Shown: one piece after another, positions 35,532 to 43,600 of the stretch
How the letters are laid out: each line of letters starts with the position of its first letter
Numbering within the stretch: position 1 is the first letter of the stretch
Source: Candidatus Falkowbacteria bacterium GW2011_GWF2_43_32
GTDB taxonomy: Bacteria > Patescibacteriota > Patescibacteriia > Patescibacteriales > UBA12465
Assembly: GCA_000999715.1 (NCBI GenBank)
Contig: LCGL01000002.1
Span: forward strand, 26,136-90,135
DNA length: 64,000 nt
Reading direction: 5' to 3'
The notes under the pieces: model-generated
What the model saw: only the letters and a program-made list of their open reading frames with translations
Database searches by the model: none
Told to the model about the DNA's origin: nothing
Position numbers and translations under genes: made by a program

Positions 35532-35651
35532 ATGGTGAAAAACAAAATAATTGCTAATAAAAAATTATCAACCTTTTTGGAAGAGTACGATTTTATTAAA
35601 AAAGGAAGCACTTGGTGCTTGAGGAAAAATAGTATGACCCCCGAAATTTAG
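35532..35651 (+). pseudogene. truncated immunity-type gene fragment (39 codons)
   Basis: MVKNKIIANKKLSTFLEEYDFIKKGSTWCLRKNSMTPEI* looks like the N-terminus of small ..L...GFKKKG.tW.r.. proteins (DUF4304-like pattern) cut short by a stop. Confidence 0.35.
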
Positions 35652-35723
35652 ACTCAATATTCGGCATAAAACAAACTAGGCGCAGAAAATTCTAAGTGCG
35701 AAATGTTTGGCGGCAAAATAATT

Positions 35724-35810
35724 CGCCAAATTAATTAAGCTTTGGAATAGAATTGAAGGGCCGAAGCTTTAGGCTCGAGTTTGAAAATCAGTTTTCTTTG
35801 ATAAAGGGGT
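35724..35810 (+). pseudogene. relic of a second HigA-like antitoxin gene (dispersed element copy 2 fused to 51-bp repeat copy 2)
   Basis: 35724-35758 matches 10374-10408 (31/35 nt). 35760-35810 matches 27997-28047 (48/51 nt) and still encodes AEALGSSLKISFL*. Stops and frameshifts lie upstream. Confidence 0.6.
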
Positions 35811-35851
35811 ACTAAAGTGCCTATTTTGTTGATATTTCGCGGTTTTTATTC

Positions 35852-35895
35852 CCTGTAGAGCGTATATTGACACAAACACGCTCTACAGGTAAACT
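35852..35895 (+). promoter_or_regulatory. promoter TTGACA-17-TAAACT enclosed by a perfect 12-bp inverted repeat (CCTGTAGAGCGT / ACGCTCTACAGG); leaderless start
   Basis: Inverted-repeat arms at 35852-35863 and 35878-35889. TTGACA at 35867-35872, TAAACT at 35890-35895, ATG at 35902 (6 nt after the -10). Confidence 0.55.
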
Positions 35896-35901
35896 ATCAA
35901 T

Positions 35902-36873
35902 ATGAAAGCGACATTATCCAATTCAGATTATTTACGCAATTTTGACCGCTTTATTGGTAGTCTGGATTTTTCTGATTCCGATACTCTTCATATTTATTCT
36001 CATCCAAAATGGATCAATGTACATCCGGCTGTTTTAGCTATAGTTGTAGCCATGGCAATGCGGGCAGGTAAGCAGAACGTTACATTTGAAAATCTCACGG
36101 CAACTTCCGGTTCCTATCTTGATCGTATGGGACTTTTTGAATTTACGCATCAAAAGTCACCATATACTATTCATAAGAAAGAAGAATCGGGAAGATTTAT
36201 ACCCGTTACCATTATCAAAAATTCTACCGAACAGTCAAAATTTATTACAGATATGATTCCTCTTCTGCATTTACCTGCCGATAAAACGGATGCTATTAAA
36301 TATACCATCGGGGAACTGCTTCGTAATGTATTGGAACACGCAGGAAGTGCGGCCGGAGCTATTGTTGCGGCTCAATACTATAAAAAATCAAACACAATTC
36401 GTATTGGTATTTGCGATGGCGGCATTGGTATCAGAAAGAGCCTGCAACGCTATTGGGCTACCCGATCAAAGACGGATATAGAAGCAATCAAATGGGCAAT
36501 GGTTCCCGGTATTTCGGGAACGACGCGAAAAGAAGGAGGAACGGAAGACAATGCCGGCGCCGGATTATTTTTTATCAAATCCATTGCGCAAGTAGCCCGT
36601 AATTATTTTATGATTTACAGCGGCTCCGGTATATATAAACTGCTACTTCATGATAAGAGAATAGAAAAACCGCGGCTCCATTCGGATCCGGATGACGATC
36701 GTCATTCTGAACGTAATGACGTCCCTTATTTTCAAGGTACGCTGGTGGCGATAGATCTATCTCTTGAAAATAAATCTGAATTTACTCATCTGCTCTCCGC
36801 TATACGAGAGGTTTACGGCAAAGCGGTTAGAGATCGCAAACGAAAGAAGTACAAAGAACCAAAATTTATATGA
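35902..36873 (+). CDS. GHKL-superfamily ATPase (RsbW/SpoIIAB-like HATPase_c core) with uncharacterised ~130-aa N-terminal domain
   Basis: 323 aa with an N-box (GELLRNVLEH), G1 (CDGGIGI), G2 (DNAGAGLFFIKS) and a G3-like motif (FQGTLVAIDL). No DHp/His-phosphotransfer domain, no TM segment and no receiver domain. Confidence 0.65.
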   Translation: MKATLSNSDYLRNFDRFIGSLDFSDSDTLHIYSHPKWINVHPAVLAIVVAMAMRAGKQNVTFENLTATSGSYLDRMGLFEFTHQKSPYTIHKKEESGRFIPVTIIKNSTEQSKFITDMIPLLHLPADKTDAIKYTIGELLRNVLEHAGSAAGAIVAAQYYKKSNTIRIGICDGGIGIRKSLQRYWATRSKTDIEAIKWAMVPGISGTTRKEGGTEDNAGAGLFFIKSIAQVARNYFMIYSGSGIYKLLLHDKRIEKPRLHSDPDDDRHSERNDVPYFQGTLVAIDLSLENKSEFTHLLSAIREVYGKAVRDRKRKKYKEPKFI

Positions 36874-37184
36874 GTATGATAATTAAAATCAAGAATCTTG
36901 TCGGTGATTTTGCGGAAAATAAAGATGTGGCAAAAAGCTTACGTATCAACAAGATTATGCCGATCTTGGCAGAGAGTAAGGAGCTTGTATTGGATTTTTC
37001 CGGAGTTAGCGGTACGACTCAATCGTTTATTCACGCCTTAATCTCCGAACCGATTCGGCGGTTTCGTGATGTGGCTTTAGAAAAGATACACTACAAAAAT
37101 TGCTCTGATGTTGTAAAAGAAGTTATCAAAACCGTGTCTGAATATATGCAGGAAAGTCTTGATTCGGAAAATTATGAAGAATAA
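36870..37184 (+). CDS. STAS-like protein (DUF4325-type)
   Basis: 104 aa with an ATGA start/stop overlap with the ATPase gene. LVLDFSGVSGTTQSFIHALI matches the LDF.GV....sF..el core I associate with DUF4325/STAS-like domains. Confidence 0.55.
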   Translation: MSMIIKIKNLVGDFAENKDVAKSLRINKIMPILAESKELVLDFSGVSGTTQSFIHALISEPIRRFRDVALEKIHYKNCSDVVKEVIKTVSEYMQESLDSENYEE

Positions 37185-37272
37185 TAATAGCTGTGTAAAA
37201 TATTTAATGTTATAATGATAAAAAATAACGTTTAATGTTGTTGCTATTTTTTAAAGGTAGCCTATAAGATTT

Positions 37273-39522
37273 ATGAACAAAAAAATTTATTTGCGACTTC
37301 TCCAAGGCGGTTTGATCGCCTCGCTTTTTATTGTTTTTGCGGTCTTCAAGCATTTGCTGTTTCCCTATATCACCTCCAAACAATTGCCTTTTAATATTCT
37401 GATGGAAATTTTATTCGTTTTTTGGCTGGTGTTTATTTTGCGCTATCCCGAATATCGGCCGAAGCGTAACTACATCACCACCGGTCTGATCGTGTATTTC
37501 ATGGCGATTTTGGCTTCCTGTGCCGTGAGCGTGGATATCGGTTTGAGCTTTTGGGGCGACGCCGAACGCATGTTGGGCTTTTTTCATCTTCTGCATTTCC
37601 TGATTTTCTATCTGATTCTGATTACGGTTTTTCGGTCTTGGCGCGAATGGCGGGTGTTACTGCTTTTTTCGGTGATGATTGCGACGGCGGTGAGTTTGAT
37701 CGGTTTGCGCGGCGCGAATGTTTATAGCACCATCGGCAATACCACCTATGTCAGCGGTTATCTGATTTTTAATCTTTTTTTCTGTTTAATTTTGTTTCTG
37801 CGGGATAAACGTCAACTCCGGCGCTGGCTTTATTTGGCGCCGGCCCTGGTGATGTTGCGGGAATTTTGGGCCTGTCACACCTCCGGAGCGATTATCGGTT
37901 TATTTTTCAGCGTGTTGTTGTTATTTTTCCTCCTGGGTTTATTTCATAAAAACCGGGCCTTGCGTCGAGTATCTTTGACCGTTTTTATCATTGCCGTCAT
38001 CGGGACGGTGGGCATATTTTCTCAATATCGCGCCGCTTGGTTTCAAAACAGTTTCCTGCGTAATCTTACTTTTCAGAAAGCCACTTTCCAAACCCGGCTG
38101 ATTTCCTGGCAGGGAGCGGCCAAGGATTTTAAGAATCATGTTTTGTTCGGCACCGGCTTTGGCAATTATGCGATTATTTTTGATAAGCATTTTGACTCCG
38201 AATTTTTTGATTATGCCCGAACCGAAACTTATTTTGATCGGGCGCATAATAATTTGGTGGATATTGTTTCCACCACCGGCCTGGTCGGCCTCTTGGCTTA
38301 TTTGAGTATTTTTATCGCCGTTTTATATTATTTGTTTAAAAGATTTCGGCAGAACGGCGGACGAGCCGGTCGGAGCGAAGAGGGGGCACGCCGTAATTTG
38401 GAAATAATCGTGGTCGTCTCTTTGCTGGCCGCTTATTTCATCCAAAATCTGGCGGTGTTTGATTCTTTGGTGACTTATATCGGTTTGATGATGACTCTCG
38501 GCTTTATTTATTATTTGCTGAATGAATCGGCGCCGGGAATCGATCGGGACAAGGAGGAGGACGCCGATGAATCGACGGTATCGCGACCCTTGCTAGATTC
38601 GCAATGGGAATTGTTGGTTTTAGTGATTTTGCTCGCCTTGGCGCTTTTATTGGCCAATCGCTACAACCTCAAGCCTTGGCGGATGTTTAAGGGAACGATT
38701 GTCGCCTATAATCAAGTTTTGCGCGGTGATTTGCCGGGCGGCGTGGCATTATATAAAGAAGTTTTGAGTGACGCGGCCTTGGATCATGACGCTCGCGCTA
38801 CCTTGGTTAATTTCATTTTGGCCAATCCCGGCATTTTGAATACCGTGCCGCGCGAAGAAGCCAATGCTCATCTGGAATACACTATCGGTTTAGCCAAGAC
38901 GAATGTTGCCATGAATCCGCAAGACAGCTTGAAGCAAATGCAGTTGGCGCAAGTATTGGATACGGCCGCTCGCTTTAATTATCAAGATTTGATTAAATTT
39001 AATTATTATTCCCGGCAAGCCTTGGAAGCGATGGATTTGTCCATTGAGTCCAGTCCGGGACGTGCGCCGGTCTATTTGGTTAAAGCGCAGATGCTATTGG
39101 CGCGCGGTGAAAAAGAGGCGGCGATTGAAAATGTGGAGTATGCCATTAGCCTAAATCCGAATTATGCCGAAGGTCATTGTCGCTTGGCGCAATTTTATCT
39201 CTTTTTGGAACAAGAAGCGGAATTCGGCGCGTCTCTGAAACGTTGCGTTGATTTGGACGGTGTTTCATATATCAACTCCGGTTCGCTCTTGTCGGCGGCG
39301 GCCAATTATTTTACCGCGGCCGGAGATTATGAGCGCGCCTTGAAAATGGCGGAACGCTTGGCTTTTCTGTCGCCCGATACCGCGGAAATATGGTTTAATT
39401 TGGCTAAACTTTATTTGATTACCGAGGAACAAACGAAAGCCGATTTCGCGGCCGCGCAGGCGATTCGCCTCAAGGCCGAGTTGAAAACCGAGTGGCTGGA
39501 GCTGGTAAAGGGAATGGAATAA
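37273..39522 (+). CDS. O-antigen ligase-like (Wzy_C) polytopic membrane protein with C-terminal TPR repeats
   Basis: 749 aa with ~10 TM helices. It has FGTGFGNY...FDRAHNNLVDIVSTTGLVGLLAY (Wzy_C signature) and a C-terminal TPR-like region (AISLNPNYAEGHCRLAQFY...). An extended -10 TGTTATAAT lies at 37208-37216. Confidence 0.8.
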   Translation: MNKKIYLRLLQGGLIASLFIVFAVFKHLLFPYITSKQLPFNILMEILFVFWLVFILRYPEYRPKRNYITTGLIVYFMAILASCAVSVDIGLSFWGDAERMLGFFHLLHFLIFYLILITVFRSWREWRVLLLFSVMIATAVSLIGLRGANVYSTIGNTTYVSGYLIFNLFFCLILFLRDKRQLRRWLYLAPALVMLREFWACHTSGAIIGLFFSVLLLFFLLGLFHKNRALRRVSLTVFIIAVIGTVGIFSQYRAAWFQNSFLRNLTFQKATFQTRLISWQGAAKDFKNHVLFGTGFGNYAIIFDKHFDSEFFDYARTETYFDRAHNNLVDIVSTTGLVGLLAYLSIFIAVLYYLFKRFRQNGGRAGRSEEGARRNLEIIVVVSLLAAYFIQNLAVFDSLVTYIGLMMTLGFIYYLLNESAPGIDRDKEEDADESTVSRPLLDSQWELLVLVILLALALLLANRYNLKPWRMFKGTIVAYNQVLRGDLPGGVALYKEVLSDAALDHDARATLVNFILANPGILNTVPREEANAHLEYTIGLAKTNVAMNPQDSLKQMQLAQVLDTAARFNYQDLIKFNYYSRQALEAMDLSIESSPGRAPVYLVKAQMLLARGEKEAAIENVEYAISLNPNYAEGHCRLAQFYLFLEQEAEFGASLKRCVDLDGVSYINSGSLLSAAANYFTAAGDYERALKMAERLAFLSPDTAEIWFNLAKLYLITEEQTKADFAAAQAIRLKAELKTEWLELVKGME

Positions 39523-39583
39523 GAAAAAATCGATTGGCCGCCAGACCCTTGAAACGAAAAAAAATTCTTAAAATAATTTTGTT

Positions 39584-39611
39584 AAAAATCAGACCGTCGG
39601 GTCTGATTTTT
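39584..39611 (+). terminator. rho-independent terminator
   Basis: AAAAATCAGACC gtcg GGTCTGATTTTT. Confidence 0.8.
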
Positions 39612-39742
39612 GTTTGCCCGCTCTTTCGTCCGGTTAAGGGACTTTTTTTGTTTTTTGGGGCGAGCCAATCTTTAAATTGATTTTAAGGTCTCGTCATGGT
39701 CGGTTTGTTATAGTGCTTAGGCAGATTAATTATTAATTCGTC

Positions 39743-40618
39743 ATGACTAATTTTATGAACAAACTAAAAAATCGTTTGCGAAGCGGGCTTGCCTATTTGC
39801 GGACCAGTTGGCAAAAATGTTCTTTAAAACAAAAAATCTGGTGGCTGGCGGGCGGTTTGGCCGCGCCGCTTGTCGTTTATTTGTTGATCGCCTTGTCGTC
39901 CGTCAGTGCCGGGGAAGTTCGTTTGGCGGAGCTGGCCGGTTCATGGACCAAAGAAAAGGTTTGCCATGAAGCTTGTGCCTCCAATAGGCGCGCGCTTGAA
40001 GAAGCCATTATTGATGAATTGACCGGGTCAACTCGTTCCGCTCGACGAACGGCGCGACGTCTGGAAATTTATTTCTTGGACGAAGACTCGGACGCGGCTT
40101 TCAGACAGAGATTGGTGAGTATTTTAGGCCGGGCTTTCGGTCCCGATGATTTGCCGCCTTATTTGTCGGATTATTTGGCGCGGGAGGACGGACAAGCGGA
40201 CGTTCGGGCGGCGATTATCGATGTTTACGGTACCGCTTTTTCGCCCGATTATTATTTGACCGTGGTGAAGGGAAGCGGCGAGACGAGCTTGAAACAAGCG
40301 GCCGTTCGGGCGCTGAGCGTTTATCCGGATAAAGTGTTCAATTTTTCCGCCGCGCAGTTAGCGACTATCGGCGAATCGGTGTTTGATAAAACTTTGCCTC
40401 AAAGTCTGCGCGCCGCCTTAGTTTTGTTGTTGAGCGATTATTATTCTTTGTTTCCGACAGAGACGGATAAGCTGTTGCGAACGATTTACGGAGCGGACAA
40501 AGAGGTTGATGTCATCAGTCGGGCGTTTGCGGCCGACATCCTGAATCGTCATGGTCAAAAAACTTGGTTGTTGCCGGACATCAGCGAAGCGCAATGGGCC
40601 GAATATTATAATAATTAA
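39743..40618 (+). CDS. membrane-anchored hypothetical protein (alpha-helical repeat, HEAT-like)
   Basis: 291 aa with an N-terminal TM helix (IWWLAGGLAAPLVVYLLIAL) and a Leu/Ala-rich helical remainder. Confidence 0.45.
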   Translation: MTNFMNKLKNRLRSGLAYLRTSWQKCSLKQKIWWLAGGLAAPLVVYLLIALSSVSAGEVRLAELAGSWTKEKVCHEACASNRRALEEAIIDELTGSTRSARRTARRLEIYFLDEDSDAAFRQRLVSILGRAFGPDDLPPYLSDYLAREDGQADVRAAIIDVYGTAFSPDYYLTVVKGSGETSLKQAAVRALSVYPDKVFNFSAAQLATIGESVFDKTLPQSLRAALVLLLSDYYSLFPTETDKLLRTIYGADKEVDVISRAFAADILNRHGQKTWLLPDISEAQWAEYYNN

Positions 40619-40634
40619 TTAAAGATATAAATTT

Positions 40635-43600
40635 ATGAACAAAAAATTACTGATGAGATTGTTGGTTTTTGCCTGCCTGGCTTTAACGCCCTTATTTTGT
40701 CGGGCGATGGCTCCCGGTACGCTCTTATACCGCACCACCGACGACGGCAAGGCCTATGGTTATAGTGGCGATCCCTTGATTGAAGTCGAGGGCGGAATAA
40801 TCAAAAGTATCAATCCCGGTCATGTCGGTATTTATATCGGCCGGGAAAACGGCGAGGATTATGTCGTGGAAGCTTCGGCCAACGGTTTGGTCAAAACGCC
40901 GGCCAAATATTTTGTGAATTTGGCCGCTAACGAGAAATTTCTGGGTGCGAAAATTCCGCTGGCCGCCGATGCTTTGGAACGCGCCAAAGTTGTGCTTTTG
41001 GCCAAAAGTTTGGCCGGCAAAAGCTTGGCTTACGATTTTGATTTTAAATATCAGAAAGGACCGGAGAGCGGACAATGGACTTGCGTGGGTTTGACGGAAA
41101 AAATTTATGAAAGCGCCGCCATTTCCAATCCCAACAATTTGGCCGCCTTGGAGTATGATCCGGCTTATTATGCCGTGGACATCACGCCGGACGGTTTTGA
41201 CAATTACAGCGTTATCAACGAAAACGGCGATTGCTTTTCCCGCGATTATGAATTTTCCAAAATTGCTCGACACCGGGATTTTCTTTTGCCCGCGCCGGAG
41301 TTGATCGGCTTTGACGCCGGACGGGAATATAAGGGCGAGCGCTATATTTTTCTGCCTTATACTCAATTTCTACAACCGACTTTAGGGGACGTGCCGGTGG
41401 ATATTGTCATCGCTTCTTCGTTTGACGCCGAGGAAATTCGCGGGCGAGTCAATGTGCCGGCGCTGATATTGCGGTGGAGTTTGCTTAACAATCCGGTATC
41501 CTCCGTGAAACAGTTGGCCGGACGTCTGGGCGACTTGGCGGTTAAAACCGCAGACAAAACCAAAGAGGTGGCGAAAATTATCGGTGAAAAAATATTTGGC
41601 GCCAAAAACGGCACGGAAATAGTTTTAAACGATCAGGAATTGAAGAAATCGACCGGTGTCGGTAAAACGACAGTTAAAGCCGCCACGGCAAAAACGACGA
41701 TCAATAAGACCCCTTTGATTACGGTAAATAAAGCGACGTCTAAATTAACGACGCCTGTTTCGTCGACGTCTAAAACCGCTTCGGCGATTTTGAACGGCTC
41801 CAAAGTTGCCGCGGTTCCCGTTTCTTCGTCCGCCGGCGCCGCCTCGCTTGCCCCTGTTCCCACTTCCGCCGCTTCGACCGCGGCCGCTCTGGCCGCTTAT
41901 TATTCGCCGCCGGCCGTGCAACGGGCAGTCGACCAACCGGCCTCGGAAACCGAAAATTCTGCCGTTGTACAAAATGTTAATTCCACTATCAATGCGGAGG
42001 CAAATTCTTCTGCCGCTTCCGCTTCCGCCTCGATTCCGACTTCTTCTTCTTCTTCTTCTTCTTCCGCTTCGACGGCGACAACGGCTGATTTTCCGACATT
42101 GGCGATAATCAATAAAATTTATGCCACCGGCGATAATGACTGGGTGGAATTATTCAATCCGACCGATCATGATTTTGATTTGGCCGTTGCCGGTTATCGT
42201 CTAGAAAAAGCTAAAACCGCCGAAGATCCGAGTTTAATGATACGTCTCGGCAATGCTGCTGATGGCGCTTATCCCGGCGGCACTGTAGTTTCGGCGCACG
42301 GCACTTATTTGATTGTTCGCGACGACGCCAACGATTACTATCGCGCCCGCGCTGACGCTATTGCCACGCGCGACGAATTCGCTTGGACCGCCTCTGGCTA
42401 TACTTTATATTTGGGTACCGATGCCATCAGTTCCAGCGCCGATCTTGATTTGACCGATGCCGTCGGTTTCGGTTCGGACGCTACCTATTTTCAGGGCAGT
42501 GGACCGGCACCGGCCGTCGGCGATAATTATATTTTGAATCGGCTGGCTAATAACGGAAATAATCAAACCGATTTTATTTTAATCGTTTCCGACGATCCGG
42601 CCGCGCTTATTCCGGTTATTGAGGGAAATTCGGCCACGTCTACGGAAGAAACAATTCCGCCGCTTGAAGACACGGCCACGTCCACCGAGGAAATAATTCC
42701 GCCGCTTGAAGATTCGGCCACGTCCACCGAAGAAATAATCCCGCCGGCTGAAGACACGGCCACGTCCACGGAAGAAATTGTTGAAGAAGAAATTTCCGCA
42801 GAAGAAAACGGGGAAGAAAATTTCCTTAAATTGGCTTTGATTAATAAAATTTATGCCACCGGCGATAATGACTGGGTGGAACTATTTAATCCCACCGATC
42901 ATGATTTTGATTTGGCTACTGCCGGTTATCGTTTGGAAAAAGCTAAAACCGCCGAAGATCCGAGTTTGATGATGCGTATCGGCAACACCGAGGACGGTTC
43001 TTATCCGCAGGGGACGGTTATCGCGGCCGGGGAATCTTATTTGATTGTTCGCGATGACGCCAACGAGTATTATAAAAGCCGGGCCGACGCTATTGCCACG
43101 CGCGACGAATTTGTTTGGACCGGTTCCGGTTATACTTTATATTTGGGTACCGACGCCATCAGTTCCAGCACGGATTCGGATATTATTGAAGCGGTCGGCT
43201 TCGGTCCGGACGCCACTTATTTTCAAGGCAGCGGACCGGCGCCGGCTATCAATGACAATTATATTTTACAGCGGACGGCAAAAAGCGGCGACAATATTTG
43301 GGATTTTGCTTTAATTCCTTCCGACGATCCCGGGGTCGTCGCCGCCGCGACCGAAATCGCGACGACCACGGTGGCCACCGCCGGTTTATTTGTTCCGCCG
43401 GTACCTTTGGAATCGTTCGGTTTAACCGATTTATGGCATTTTGACGAATGCTACGGAGAGGGAAGTTGGACAGTCGGGAAGTGGGATTGCGCTCGGGAGG
43501 TCGGACATACTAACGATGAATTGACGGCCTCCTTGACTCCGGCCGTTGATTTGAGCAGTTTTTCCGTAGCTTTTTATTATAAAAAGCAGGCGTCGGATTC

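Noticed and set aside
42041-42064. (TTC)8 trinucleotide microsatellite
   Set aside because: It is in frame (Ser8) within a low-complexity linker. Slippage would only change linker length. It is mentioned under the giant-protein finding instead of as a switch.
42099-43275. DGR template/variable repeat pair
   Set aside because: The two similar segments are whole LTD domains duplicated in frame. Differences are not restricted to adenine positions, and no reverse transcriptase is nearby.
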